Shown piece after piece: positions 11,971 through 26,200 of a stretch of 64,000 bases of DNA. The notes under the pieces are model-generated. The model was given only the letters and a program-made list of their open reading frames with translations, was not told the DNA's origin and did no database searches. The stretch is from Epithemia pelagica (taxonomy: Eukaryota > Protista > Bacillariophyta), in the NCBI GenBank assembly GCA_946965045.2, contig OX337232.1, positions 3,286,001-3,350,000 of the forward strand. The letters run 5' to 3'. Each line of letters starts with the position of its first letter. The first letter of the stretch is position 1. Position numbers and translations under genes: made by a program.

Positions 11971-13122
11971 GCGTCTTCAATTATAAAAGAGTCAGAGACA
12001 TGAGTAGAAGCTTTCTTGGACCCGACAAACAACGCCGACAGTTTCTATGCGTTTTATCGGTGATGGATCTTCAATCATCACATTCTTGGAGACTTGCCAC
12101 TATTCGCTTTCTTTGCTCTTTTCTTCTTGAGGTAAGAAAGAATCTTTCTTCCGAAATTGTGTCGTAGAACCAATCTGATAGGTTTCGATTCCAGTTCTAA
12201 CCGTTGAACATGTCGTAGAAGGAATCTTGTAGGTTCCGGTTCCGTATTGATGAGCGACACGTGGTTTGCCATAAGTAAGGATGCGAACCGTCGTCTGGAT
12301 TTGAGTCATGAGTAAAGAGTCACGAATGATGCACAATCTGTGTTTCTTGTCCCACGGGAACTCTCATAGGTCTTCGAGTTGAATGTACCATGTAACCCTT
12401 GGTCAACGCGAACAGCCCCATGGCTCGCTCAGCGCACCAAGATCAACCTGGAGTCGTTCCGAACGCTTGGAGAAGTGTAAAGTGCAAAGTGCGAAAGATG
12501 AAACAACCAATAAGAAAAAATGATGCGAAATTCATAGTCTGTTCTTCAATATTCGATCGTTCGCGATCATTATCGAACGAGCATCATCATCATCAATCTA
12601 TCATCCACTCGGTCCCGAGCGACCGAGATGCGGTCTATAACAACAAGTGATGGTTTCGTCATCCTTTCCGACCATGGTGGGTGGTTTGTGGGTCTGCAGC
12701 AACAGCAACGGCGTCAATGCCGACAATCTTTTGGTTCTCATATCTTTTTTTGGTGGTCGACAGCAAATTCCGTTCCATTCCTGCCATCTCCCCATTCCCC
12801 ATGGCAGGCAAAAATTCTCTGTTACACTACCCCCACAAAAGTTTGTCCACCAACAGATGGTGCTTCTCATTGCCAAACCCCCCTGCAAACAGAATTGAGA
12901 ATGCGACATGCAACTACTTCCTGTGAGTGGCGCCGAAGATCCAGAGACGCAATGCGAAGCTTCGCATTTACATGGTGCACCTTTACCCTTTACCTCTCTG
13001 TGGTATTATTGTAGGGTGGGCGTCGCATCCACCTACCACCTTATCATGGTCTCTCTCCCTCCCGTGCTCTCTGCCCTCACCTACTACCGTCGTAGATATG
13101 AAGGATTGGCTACGCGTTACGC

Positions 13123-13224
13123 GTAGAAAGGGTTGCATCGCAGGCTGCATTTGCGAATCCAATTGAGAACCATGTAGAAAGGGTTGCAGCACGGGTTGCA
13201 TTTGCGAATCCAATTGAGAACAAT
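13123..13224. repeat. Two-copy 51-bp imperfect tandem repeat
   Basis: GTAGAAAGGGTTGCA...TGCATTTGCGAATCCAATTGAGAAC at 13123 and 13174. Confidence 0.85.
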
Positions 13225-13905
13225 GCATCAAGAATCAAGAAAATACAGAACCAACGACTGACACCAAGGGACGGGGTACGGGATGCGATTGTATCTTTTC
13301 GTGGATCTTTTTCTGCGAAGAGTGGATGCCATCACGTTCGAAAGAAAGCGCGAAACTACAATAGCTAGTAGATCAGCAAGATCCCAAGCCTATCACCAAT
13401 GCGAGTGACCTTGCCGTTCATAGCCACCCTCGGCTCGTACAGACCAGCATGGTAGCGTTCAAGGTGCCAAACATCAAGACCTTCGACCAGGAAGTGCTTT
13501 ACATAACCGTTCTCCAAGCCATGATGCAAGCCGATATTGCATTCCAGGCCACCTCCAAGAACCAAATCGGATACTGACGGCAGTCACGATGGATATCAGT
13601 GCAAGATAGTTGGTCAGCGACTGCGATACTCCGTAACCTCTCACTGGGCATCCGCTTCCATAAATAGAAGATATTGTCCTCGACAGTGGAAGCACCATCG
13701 GAGCGCAACTTATCCAACATGATCCTCGCTTGTTTCAACTAAGAAGCTCTGTCGCACTGGCGGTCGTGGTGGTTTTGGGATTGTTGGTGTATTGTTTGTC
13801 GTCGCCAACGGGCACTGCGCCTTTGTTGGTTGCCATCAATGTGTCTGGTTCCTTCGTTTCATCCGTATAAGGTTCGTCCTCATGATGTAAGGAAGAGGTT
13901 CCTTC

Positions 13906-15301
13906 TCATTCGGGTCCTGTACCTGGCGGATGACTACTGTGATGAAATTGTGATCCTCGACTTTCGGTATGGGTCGATGGTGCAGGACTTGAACCATGTC
14001 TACGGTTCCGGTGTGCATGTCGTTCAATCCAATGATTCACCAAAGGAACATGTTTCAAAAAGGCAAAACATTCGCCATCTTCCGTCAAGCGAAAGAAGCG
14101 TTTGTGCAAATAGATGTACGCATTGAAGAGACCCTAGACGAATAAGCAAGAATAATACATGAGAGGATAAAAATGTCACGGTCAGAGCAATCGTTCCACA
14201 CATCTTCCGTACCTGTATTGGAGAAAGGGCCTGGGCAAGCACAGCAAAGGGGAACAAGACATTGCTCCTTCTGTCGGGGTCATCCGTGGTCTCCTCTAAA
14301 AATTTGAGAATCACAAATGGAAGTACCGAGATAAAATAGCCAGCAATATATAAGAGGCCTTGAACGGACGTTTCTCGCGTCCGACGCAACCGACTTCGTT
14401 CGTGTCGATGAGGATTGGACGAAGGCGCTGTTGTTGTCCTTGTCGTCAAAGCGGTCGTTGTTGCTGGTGGCGGATTGGAGGCTTCATTTTGGTTGTTGGT
14501 AGAAGTAATAGTAGGCTGCGACGGCGTGGGCGTAAAGATGGTATACTTTCGCAATTGCAATTCCGTATGTCGTACCTTGAGAATAATCAACACCATGGAG
14601 ATTGCAATCAGGAGAAAAATGATATACAAGGAATTCAGGGCGACTCCACTGCTCAACCGGTTGTAATTGTCCCCCCGTTGACAGGGCACAGTACTGTCTG
14701 GTCGGCTGCAATAGGGCGGGTAATCACTGAACCAACAGAAACCAGGAAGAATCCGGAGTGGATTGTACAAATCATCCACCACCGCATAGATCCCAGTCGC
14801 AAGGGGATGGGCCAAGCTAATGAAATGAGCCCAAGGTTCGATATAGCGAGCAATGACGCGATCTTTCCATTCGTAGCGAACCAACAACAAGAAGTAGAGA
14901 GACAGAAACCCGGTATACCACCATGCCCCGAAACTGACATTGTTGAAAAAGCCGGCGACGGCGCAAGTCGTAAAGGTGCCTCGATTGAAATGGGAAAAAG
15001 AGTCTGCTTGCGGCGACGGAACGACCCATGGTCCCAAAACAATCAATGCCAGCGAAGCAACAAGGTCAAAAATACTGATCATGAACATGAGGCGATGGAA
15101 CATGCTTGTTTCCAGCAACTTTTCGTGTCGACTTGTGCGACTAAACAGGAACATCAAAATGGAACAAGATCCCACCACCGACAAGGCTGCCGATGGAAAT
15201 GGTAATAACTCCAACACAATTACTTGGGTTTGAGTATACATGCCCGTATCTCCTTCTCCTTGATAAACTTGCGAAGAAAGTCGGCGAACTTCATTGTTCA
15301 T
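13906..15301 (-). CDS. 7TM GPCR-like protein (cAMP-receptor/Git3-like); exons 15301-14213 and 14133-13906
   Basis: Seven hydrophobic segments, RGTFTTCAVAGFF before TM3, GFCWFSDYPPYC...C.RG loop. A 79-bp GT-AG intron (14212-14134) joins PIQ|GLFNAYIYL. Paralogue at 19918-21348. Confidence 0.75.
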
Positions 15302-16299
15302 GGTGCGTCACCTATGTCTACAGAAATTCTGGTGCAATGAACGCATTTTGGGGTCTTCTTTCGTTGGTCCCCTCCCCATTCTTCTCCATTTGGGGGCGCT
15401 CTGCTTATTTCCGAGCGATTTATGAGCGACTCGATGACGTTTCTCTTGAGTCTGAATGGATCTTTCTGTTGAGAAGATGGATGAGACGAACTCAAGTGTA
15501 ATCGTCCATGAACTCTGCATCATAGAGCAACGAGAACGATGAAAGTATCAGGAATTACAAAACCTTGCGACGATGGCTGCACCGAAACCATGGAACTCCA
15601 GCCTCGAAACAAGCCTTGTTGGTTTTTGGGAATCACTTGCACGAACCGTACATGTCTTTTTCAGCTTGTCATGACGGTACCTTCGACGCCACAAGTTGAG
15701 CGACTTGATTGATGACACCGTCTCACTTCCATTAGTTTCGTTGGTTGAATGTTGGTCTCGTGAAAGTGCCGAGCGTGCAAATATATTTCTCCTATCGAAA
15801 CAAAACATTCTCCTTGTTCCCCAGTCACCTACTCAAGAAAATTACAAGACGCTTGCAAAGGGCACTTGCTTATTATCCGTTCGACCAATTTCCGTTGAGA
15901 GTGTTTTGAAGACATGTGAGCATATTGTTTGTTATGCGGAGAAAAAGCGGCAGATCTTCTTCACACTCGCGGTACAAACCGTGATCAATTCCCTTTTCAA
16001 TGCTCCTATTGAAGGAGACAATCTTGATTCAACACACTCATTGCGGAAAGGAAACGCGCCTCAATGGCATTGCTCATAACCTCGTCCGAATCGATGATGG
16101 GGAGAAGTTGCTTCCCCGTTCTAAACACCTTTGTTCAATATAATACCTTCGAAAAAAGAATGGCTGTGTTCCCATTGAAGAATGGACCATCGATGTTGCA
16201 TGCTTTGATGCACAAGCTCACATTCGGGGTAATCCATAAGTGGAGAAGTATGCTACAGGACTGTGGAGCATAAAAAAAGCAACACGATACAAAATCATG

Positions 16300-18900
16300 G
16301 GAAATGTTGAAGAAGTATTCGCTATGAGACATATCCTCAGGAGAAGATTAACGCACGGGATCCTTTCCACAGTGACCTCGTTCAGTGACAACTTTTGCTC
16401 ACAAGTACAAAACAGACGTTGGTATGAATCCAGTGATGCAGCCATTCATCCATCTTTCAACCACAGAATCGCCAAACCCACAACGCCGCAAGAAGAAGAT
16501 TGACGCACATGCTCTTCCCCTCCATCCCTCTCCCATTTGCGGTAGCGTTGTTTTCTTGAGACTTCTTCTCTGCTCCGGAAATCAGTTCAAAGCAATCCTC
16601 TCTCGGATTCGTCCTCTACGAGAGTACAATACACCATACGGCGGGTACCTTTGTCTATATCTAGTCTTTGCTCTACTGTTCCCTGTGACTGCATCATCTG
16701 GAGAAAGCTGCTGTATCGCATGGGAAGACGAGAGGGATTCATGTGATTTCATTGTTGTGAAATAGTATTTTGAAAACGATAAGACAGGCAAATCCTTGTT
16801 TTCGTCTCTTAGATGCTCAAACAATGCAAAGAACCTCGATAGAGCTATCCTCCTCGCTCTGCCCCATACTATTAGGAGTAGCTTTTATCATCTATGAATG
16901 GGGATGATCTCCACCAGGTTCAATTTGTAATTTCGATCTAAGCATTGTCTAACAAAGAAGTGAGAGGAAACGAAAAGGCTATGCTTTCTCTATGTGTCGA
17001 CGACACTTGAGCGAGTGGTAGTTTTTTCGAGTCGTCGTCGCCGTCACCGCAGAGCGCAGAGATGCATGATGGGGACCGCCTTACAGCATATTCTCTCATA
17101 TTGGACAACGACTTGCATTGATATCGCCCTTGTCTTGATTGTGCATTCGGTAAGCTTGGTTTCCATGGCGCATATTCAGCGGGCGGACTATCCAAGATTC
17201 CCCTCCCGTTATGGCACCACACCGTGATTGTCCGCCAGATTGCCTCCCATCTAAAGCATCTCTCTAGTTGGATGCTGTGATCCTCTATTGACAAAGTGGA
17301 TGATCCAATGTGAGCAGTCGGTGGAATCTTAGTCTTGCAGTAGAGAAAGCCTCTGGCTCTTTCAGGAAAATGGTGATATGATGAATCAGGAGCGCGCTTC
17401 TTGTACGGCCTTTTTACACTCACGAACCAAACGATCGAATCAGTGTCCTCTTGTTTCCTTTCTGTGTTTGTTCACCACAAATGCCTGTCTTGATGTTGAC
17501 ATGAGGTGCTTCTATTCCAATTATCATGATTGGCTGCGACAAAACAGAAACGTATTATTTGTCATCCTTGTTATCGGCACAAATAAACTTGTTGGTTCTT
17601 TGTTGAACTTGGAACCCTGTTGCCGTACCTGGGAACAAGAGCCTGTTGGACACTTGAAGAAGACAAATCTTTGATTTTCTCTTGGAATTCGAGGCTTGTA
17701 TGAAAGAGACAAGACAATGACACCGGGCAAGGCCAGTACTGGAAAGGATTTTCTGTCAAGTTTGAATGATCGAGACCTGTTCCTCTTGTTGGATTGCGGA
17801 CGCAGCAGCAAATCATCATCCAAGAAAGCCCTCTTATGATACCGTTTTGGTTCAGGTATGGTAGAGTTCTGTCTTGAACAATGATTTGCGGCCGTTCCAT
17901 CAAACAAGAGAAGACAGAGCCGATTACTCCGTATTGTCTCCGAGAGCGAAGGAGGTGAGATTATGAAGTGAAACGATGACGCGGACTCTTTGAAGTTCAA
18001 TCAGGACCTGGGATAACTACGGCAGCAAATCATCATCCAAGAAGGGCTCTAAAGAATTCCACGACAGAGTTCAGGAACCTCATAATCCTTTCTTGAACAA
18101 TGATTTGCGGCCAAAAAGGAAGGTCATGAGGAATGGCCGGGCGATCTGTCGTTGTCTTTTGCAAGCCAATTCGCCCGTCGTCTTGGCTTTTCAAGGGACA
18201 GAAATGAGACAGAGAAAAGAGAAGGAGATGAAGAACAACGATGCAATCAGGAATTACGCGCTTCGTTCATCATCATAGAAGGCTTCAATATGATTTCAAT
18301 GATGTTTGCGATTCGTGCAAACTCCGCTTGTTGACAATGATTCGCTGGGGTTCCATCCAATTCGATGCACACCACAACTAGATGGCCATTCTCCGATGAA
18401 AGGCTCATACTCTCTGTAACCAAAATTTCATCCGATTGATTTTCAGGGAGGACACGAGGGATGAAGAGTTGCCGTGTGAACACGGGGATGGAGGATTTCC
18501 TTTCCGAGCTCACGTTCCTCTGTAATACCCTGGGCTGAAGAAGATGTTGCTCAGAGAAGAAGCGCCACAAAACTGTTAGAAACGCAGAAGACAGCCCCCT
18601 CTCTAAGAGAGTGTTGTATTTGTTTTGGTCTTGAAGTGCACAAGAGCAGAATGTGGTCGATATCACCAAATTTGATCTGCTTGGATGTCCTGACTGCCGA
18701 ACAAGGGGTAGAACATTGTGCAGATACTCCTTAGTGCATCAATACCGACCATTGGCACTCGTCGACGCACACTCAAACTCAAACGTCTCAACAAAATGCT
18801 CTGGTGATGCGGACGTTGCAAAACTGCCGCCTCAAGTGCTCGGTCGCTTCCATTCGAGAGTTGGTATTGCAAAAGCTAGCAATGACTTTGAAGTATTTGC
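16300..18900 (-). pseudogene. Possible degraded LRR/RNI-like gene relic (boundaries uncertain)
   Basis: Stop-riddled frames with leucine-periodic fragments (FLDDDLLP.LSQVL...SLHNLTSFAL; LRRLSLS...GIDAL) and a degenerate ~218-bp-period duplication (17805-17893 vs 18022-18112). Confidence 0.25.
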
Positions 18901-19917
18901 ACATGCTTTGCCTGATGAGAACACACACGAAGACCATCATGATCCTTGCAATTCGTCTTTTTGTCGCAGCGCTGCTCAGTGGTAGGAACGGAGAGCAAGA
19001 CTTACCGTTTTACGGTAGACGAACTATATCATCATCCCACTCGCGGTCACAACTGTCCGATGCCCAGGCTTATTCAGGGAGGGCTAGGGCTATCACTTAG
19101 GAGTATCGCCTACCGATGCTTTGTGCTTTGGCATCTATACCCGGACTTTTGCAGCATGCCCTGACGGTATTGTACTCTCTGGAGAGTAGATGCTGTTTTA
19201 GTCATGAGGTGGACATGTCCGACAAAGCTAGTCTATACACCCTTCACCAGCATCAGCCCACATACATTTTTTGGTTGTCAGAAGATACGAACAAGGCATC
19301 AGGTCAATCATCTATCAACAACAAGACATGTTTGACTTCGCTCAAGGACCACAGGGATACTTGAGGTTTCGGGGTGTAAGGAGAGCAGGTTCTTTAGCTT
19401 AGCTACGGTGACAGAAGGGAGCGAGTCAAGATGTCTTTTGACCCAATAATCAGCCGTGGTGGTTTGGTGCATCCGATTTGCGAAACCCTTTGATTCAGTG
19501 ATGATGAGCCACGATGATTTGTGTCTTGATTTGCGGACTTTGGATGCAGCAGCGCTGCCTGCATAGAATGGAGAACGAGAAAGCACGAAAAAGGATCGGT
19601 TCCTTGCTTTTTCTTCATCACTTTCGACTTTGCCGCAAGGGCATGCATGTGTAGTCTTGCACTTAGAATCAATGCAGGTATCATCGACTACTTGTCGCAA
19701 TTCGAAAAGACATCATTGACCACAAGTGTTCTCCAAGAAGAGACTGCCCATGTCCTCTCAACTGCGATACAGCTCCACCGGTGAGCATCACAGAACACAA
19801 CAAACGTTTCAGCAAGTCATATATGAATTCGTAATGCAGCAAATCTGATTGGTGGACATTCACACCTCCCAAATATGCTGAGATCAATTCCGATGCAGCT
19901 CTAAATATGCATCAAAG

Positions 19918-21348
19918 TCATTCATCAGTCTTGTGCTCTGTAATGGTAGTATTTGAGAGTGCAGGTTCATCCGAGAAAGAATCGAGTGTGGCTTTGCGAT
20001 TGTTGTTTGCTGGTAGTGATGCAAACATACCCTTTCCGATTGGATCAGGGTTTGAAGAGGCATCTGCTGGTAGTCCTCCAGTTTGCTCTCCGGCATCTGC
20101 TTGGTCGATATGCTGTCCTCTACTTTCCGTAATTATCGAGAGCCTTTGAATATTTTCCTGTTTCTGAATCCATCTTTTGACCAAAGGAACATGTCGCAAG
20201 ACGGCGAAGCACTCGCCGTCATGAGTCAATGGGAGAAATCGTTTGTGCAAGTAAATATAAGCATTGAAAAAACCCTGTGAAGGAACACGAGTGAGTGACA
20301 TGAGGCACAGGAAACCTCGCACAACAGCTATAGTTACCTGCATCGGAGAAAGGGCCTTTGCCAGTATCGCAAAAGGGAACAGAACACTACTCCGACTGTC
20401 TGGATCGTCACTACCCTCTTCAATGAATTTCAGAATTGCGACTGGAGTGACGGACGCAAAAAATGCAGCAATGTACAGCAGACCTTGCATGGCGGTTTCT
20501 CGAGTGCGACGCAACTGCCGCTTTCGGTGGTGAGGAGTGCTGGAGGCCAGAGTTGCATTGGAGCTTGATGCTTGCGGCACTCCTGGTGAAACGTCGTATT
20601 TTTGCAATTGCAATTCCGTCTGTCGTACCTTGAGAATAATCAAAACCATGGATACGGCAATGATGACGAAAATAATATAGACCGACAGAAGAGTGACCCA
20701 CGTGCTGAGACTGGTGTAGTTTGCCCCTGGTTGACAGGGAACGGTGCTATCCGATCGACTGCAGTATGACGGATAATCGCTGTACCAGCACCACCCCGGT
20801 AGAATCCGCAGCGGATTGTACAAATCATCCACGAGAGCATAAATTCCTGTCGCAATCGGATGCGAGAGACTAATGAAATGAGCCACAGGCTCCACGTAGC
20901 ACGAGAGTGCTCGCTCTTTCCATTCATAGCGAACCAACAACAAGAAATATAGAGACAGAAAACCCGTATACCACCACGTTCCAACCAGAAAGGTATTGAG
21001 GAAACCAAATGCAGCGCATGTCGTAAATGTGCCTCGATTGAAATGTGAAAAGGCGTCAGCTTCAGGAGAGGGAACGACCCACGGACCCAATATAATGGCT
21101 GCCAAGGAGGTTATGAGATCCAAGATGCTGATCATTAACATGAGTCGATGGAACATGCTTTCTTTCAATAGTTTTTCCTGGCGACTCCGTCGGCTGAAAA
21201 GAAACGTCAATATGGCAGAAGAGCCGAATACGGACAAGGCTGAAGACGGATATGGCAATAACTCAAGCAGAATCACTTGACCTTAAGAGTACATGCCACT
21301 GTCTTCATCCTCTTCTCCCACCAAAACAAAGCGGCTGTCGTCAATCAT
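19918..21348 (-). pseudogene. GPCR-like paralogue with in-frame TAA at codon 22 (21283-21285) and a 63-bp intron (20337-20275)
   Basis: MIDDSRFVLVGEEDEDSGMYS*GQVILLELLPYP aligns with GDTGMYTQTQVIVLELLPFP of the 13.9-kb copy. Same intron position (PMQ|GFFNAYIYL); high identity across the TM core. Confidence 0.7.
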
Positions 21349-21713
21349 TGTAAGAGGATGATAATCCCAATGATTATAGTGAAGGGCTCCCTCTCGCTAG
21401 ACCCTCTCATTGCCGAGTGTACACCATGGTGGTTGGCGCGTTGCTGCAGTTGTGAAGATTGCAGGGGACAGAAAAGACCCGGAAGCAGGACATTCTTTGG
21501 TCGCGTAAAAGTTCTTGCGACCACAACCATAAGAGCGACCTAGAGCGACCTAGAGCGACCCTTTATTCTTCTGCCCTTCACCCTACTACCTACTCCATAC
21601 TAGTACTACGTAGTGCGCAGCCTTACTTTTGCACCATTATTCATCGAAGATTCTCAAGTTTACACTCTACAATGAGTACAAGATAGCTACTCGTAGTGTT
21701 GTTCCAGTTTCCA

Positions 21714-22332
21714 GCAACTTCCGGTAATGGACTCAAAACGTACGAAATCTTTCTACTTCTCAGAGTATCGTCACGATAAAACAACCGTTTTCATATTGCG
21801 TTTTCACACACCAATAGCTCTGATATGATCATATTAGATACAGATTCTTTCGATATGAGGCAAGCATCCCGAGTCACGGATGTCGGGATGTCGTTTGATG
21901 TCTTTTGATGTCGTTTGATGTCGTTTCATGTCGTTTGATGTCGTTTGTTTTTTATCGCCAAAAGAAGCTTTACTCTCCAGCAGTTGGTATTCTTCAACAG
22001 AAAACACAGGACTGATTGACAGTAGTCCCATCGCTGAATCAACTGAATGAGCACCGCTTGATTTTGATTCAAACAATGTTTCCGCGTGAGCCCGAAACGA
22101 CATCAAACGACATCAAACAACATCAAACGACATCCCTCACGACATCAAACGACATCCCTCACGACATTCCCGTTTGTTCCATACTAGAGATTGGGAAACC
22201 ATACTCTATGGTTTCATAATACGTATTTTGTATTAATATCGATCCTTTGTCGAAGAAGTTCTTGGTCTTGTCCTCTGGGTATTGCTAGCGGATATGGGAC
22301 TCACGGACTCACGGGTAGTTACCGGAAGTTGC
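21714..22332. mobile_element. MITE/foldback-like non-coding element with 14-bp TIRs and inward inverted 10-bp arrays
   Basis: GCAACTTCCGGTAA (21714-21727) and its reverse complement (22319-22332) enclose (GATGTCGTTT)n at ~21887-21945 and (AAACGACATC)n at ~22096-22165. No TSD found. Confidence 0.4.
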
Positions 22333-22671
22333 AGTGTGGAGTAGAGGAGTAGTGAGTAGTACAACAATACTCGTAATATACCGCTGTCTTCTGACTTCTG
22401 TCTGCTTGTATGTCTGCGTTCTTTCTTCTTTCCGTCGTCAGTCGTCACTTTCGTCACTGGGCTTAAGGCTTAACGCCAATCGCCTTTAGGGCCTGTTGGC
22501 ACTTTTCGAGCACCTAATTAGACATAGTCGAGGTGCAAAGATCCTCATTTCGTGCACCTCGCCCTTAACCGGAAATTAGAAGAGCTTTTAGTAAGAGTTA
22601 AGGCGTGTCATTTTTTTCTCATTATCTCATTTCATTCATTGATCGTACCAAAGGATCTCCTTACCTACATC

Positions 22672-23238
22672 ATGTCGTCTTCTCCTGATCAAGTTGCATC
22701 CTCTACATCCAATCCAGAAGCCATCCCTGTCTTTTCTAGTGCCCCCGAGTTCTACAACAAGACTCGCGGTGAATCTGAAGCTGTGGCACTGATCATGTCA
22801 TCCGACGACGTGTGCATTGTGGACAACAATGGAGTTGTATCTCAGCAGCTAGACCGTGTTTACAAAACACGGTTCGTGAAGCAGGAGTCCTGTTTCGACA
22901 ATGATGATCAGGCTGTTTTCGATGCTGTTTCGAAGCATCTCGGACCCAAGCACGAAGGACGTCCTGTTTTCTGGCAGCAAGTTTGTTGCGACTGCAAGCA
23001 AGATCCTTGTTTGATTTTTCAGCATGGACAATTTATCTATTCGATCCACTCGCACCTGGAACGCCGCAACAAGTCGAACAGAGAAATCCGGTACTAGTTG
23101 TACCGTCGCATGTCATGCACTCTTCATGGCGAGCTTGGCCGTGGCAATCGTCGCCCTCTACCAGCCTGCTTGGTCGACTTCATTCGTGACATTTTCCCCA
23201 ATGAAGAGGGTGAAGCCTATGTTGGTTATCGCGCTTAG
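22672..23238 (+). pseudogene. piggyBac accessory gene: P2X7 cytoplasmic-ballast-like (P2RX7_C/KolX-like) Cys-rich protein, in-frame TAG at 23095-23097
   Basis: Reading through the TAG gives CCDCKQDPC...NREIRY*LYRRMSCTLHGELGRGNRRPLPACLVDFIRDIFPNEEGEAYVGYRA, matching the N..R..AYR......G.LG.G.R..LP.C....IR..FP....Y.GF pattern. Confidence 0.6.
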
Positions 23239-23276
23239 AATAGGAGTAGATATAAAAGAATCTTACTAGTACTACG

Positions 23277-26200
23277 TTACATTTCCACTACCTGTCCTCC
23301 CTCGTTACGATCATTTTCATTATGTTGTTCGTTTGTTGTGTCTTCATTCTCAACTTCCTCATTGTCCTCCACTTGTGAATCCTCGTCTTCATCCTCATTC
23401 CGTGCTCTTTTCCTCCTCCCTCGTCCAACTTCCTGTAGACCATGTTTCAATCGAACATCACAAATAACTGGATGAGCTTTGTTGATGGTATAGTCATACC
23501 GTCCACTGTTGCTCGTTTGGAAAACCTGTTGCCCGACTTGTGAATGTAGGATTTCGAAACATGTCAGTCCCTTGAAACTTGGGTGATCATGCATTTTCCA
23601 ACCCTTGGTCACTCTGTCTTTGGAATGAGCCAAATGGGCAACAAGGCCACATTTGGCGCATTTGCCAACATTCGTATACATCCCCCCCCATTGGCAATTT
23701 GCCCTTCATCCACCGATATTCGACCATGCACACAACACACCGGGCTCTACCTGTCATTTCGACTAGAACATGGCCGTCGACACACTGTGGATTGTCAGGT
23801 ATGGATGCTGTTGACTGCTCCATGTCATCACTTGTACCCTCGTATTGTAGTAGACACTGCGCGATAATGGTATAGAAGCCGTGTCTTGAAAGTCGCTTGC
23901 GTCTGCCTCTGACAGTTTGCTCATGACAAGAGAGATTCCATGCAATATATGAGTTCAAGAGCATGCAATCCACGACAGCCAGGTATATTTTCTCATACCA
24001 TTTTTTGAAATGCCCTTTCGTACCAAAGGATCCTCCTTGGATCCTCATTTGGTCTCCTTTGTCCACGGATCCCATGTTTTGTTGGTACACTATCAAAGGA
24101 TTTGGACAATTCAACTCTTTCTTCCTCGATCCAACTTGGCGCTTTACCACCCCGTGGCCAGTGTCCTCCAAACTAGAGACGAATGAGACAACCTTACTGT
24201 CAATCCACTGCCCACATAGGATTCCATTTACTGAGTCATGGATCAGTTTGAAAGTGCCACGGTTGTCCTTTGTTTTCGACAAGTTCATTAGGGACTTGTC
24301 CCATCCGAGTCGATTGGAACAAACCGTTCCAGTAGAGAAACAATGGAACCGTTCTCGAAGAATGACCGCAAGTTGTGGGGCCATATACCGGTTATCCATA
24401 CTGATATGGTGCATACCTTGTGTTTCTTTATGAAGGCCCAAACCATAGCAAGCATTCAAAACAGCTTTCATTGTAGTCGGAAAGCGATGAATACTAGGGC
24501 GGATATACGAGTTGGTTGCGTTAGCACCTTGATAGACATCAAGATGCAATATGGCATAACTGGAGGAAGATGCCATAATGAAAAAGTCCACACCCGAAAT
24601 TTCTGTGGCTTGTCTTTATTGAACTGGCGAACCGGGCACATTCGCGAGCGACAACCCACTCCCCCCTCGTCAAAAGCCATGTCTTTGGGTACGAAGAATG
24701 TCTTCCTCGATGTCTCGTTGAGTTGGTTCAATAGAGTACGAAACTGGTAGCATTTGTCCCCTCCGCCAGCAGCCGCAACCTTGTTCTCGGGGTGAAATGC
24801 CCCACGTATCTGCCGGAAGCGATTCAATGTCATGTGCTTCACGGCAAAACCCCGACTATCTTCAATCTCCACTGGAGGGACATCCGGTCCTAAATTGTAG
24901 GTGACGTTGTTTGTCTGGAAGTAAGCAGTGTACCCCCCACCATCAACCGGGTTTAGAGACATTGTAAGCTAGATGCCCAGGAACCGGTACATCTCTTGGA
25001 TTGTTACGTCTTTCCATCTTTGTGAATGGTAATAACCATTCCGAGACGCGTGCCGCAACTTCAAGTGTGAATGGTAGTACGCATTTGTGGACGAGGTAAG
25101 ATTCGAGACCATCTGATTGGTCATCCCACCACATCTTTGGAAACACTCAAAGGGCGTAGAAAACGTTTGCCAAATTCCTGGTCGTAATCCTTCCCCCCCA
25201 AGGTACATTGATTTCTGGCGTTGCTCTGTACCAACCCAGTTGTACCCAACTGTACTCTCGCGTTCCTGGTACTTGAATTCTAGACTGCGTAAAACTTCCA
25301 GTAGCGTCTTCTGGTTATTGTCGTCTTCCGCTGAACCATTGTCATTTGCCTGCTGTTCATTCGCCCGTTGTTCGTTTTCGGCCGCTAAGTCTTTCACAAC
25401 AACAGAGTCGTCGTCGTCAGAAGAGACACTTGCCTCGTCCAACGGATTGCCCAGCCTATCATCAACATCCGAATGAACAGATGCCTCTTCGTCGTCAGAC
25501 AAATCCGAGAGAATGTCGCCCTCGTTCGCTGCCAGGGATCTCCGCGTCACTATTCGGTTGGTTGGAGCCTCATTGGTTTGTGTGTTGTGTCCAGCGACCA
25601 TCGGTGAGTCGTCTGGTGGCATCGTACGAAGTATTGCCCGGCCTTGGGCCCGAAGGGTGTCCTCACTATTCGATTGGTTTCCCCCCACCATGTTTCCACG
25701 ACCATGTGGTGCGGTAGGACGAGCACCAGTATTCTCGGTCAATGGGCTGTTGACAGGAACTTGGTTGCCAACTCGAGTAGGGACCGCAGGAGCATTGTTT
25801 TGTTGTTGCTGAGGCTGTGTACCTCGGCTGTTAATGTAAGTCTTGATCAATTCCTTGTTTGTCTGACTGGAAGTGAACGACACAACTGACCATTCGATTG
25901 GAATATCGTCGCCATGTTGCCACTCAATGAGAAAGGTGTAATTCGTTCTCTTGGCAGGACAAGCAACAATTTGACCATTCAGCATGTATGGATTTGAGTC
26001 AGACTGTTGTGGAAACTTTGCAAGGAAGGCATCGTGAAAACCGTCTTTCAACCAAAACGTGTGTGGTGCTCGTAGTGGTTGTTTCGCGAAGGAGAATCTG
26101 TTTCTTGTTTGCTTCGGTGGTCGGTTCAAAGTCGTTAGTTGTTGTGCAGGAGGAGGACGGAGCTGTTGAGGAGGTTGTTGTTGTTGTTGTTGTTGCTGAG

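Noticed and set aside
13123-13224. 51-bp and 55-bp (48122-48229) tandem repeats as CRISPR arrays
   Set aside because: Only two units each, no unique spacers, no cas genes, eukaryotic context.
14360-15205. Long antisense ORFs (281 aa here; 314 aa at 2806-3750; 282 aa at 63039-63887)
   Set aside because: They are shadows of well-supported opposite-strand genes with no recognisable motifs.
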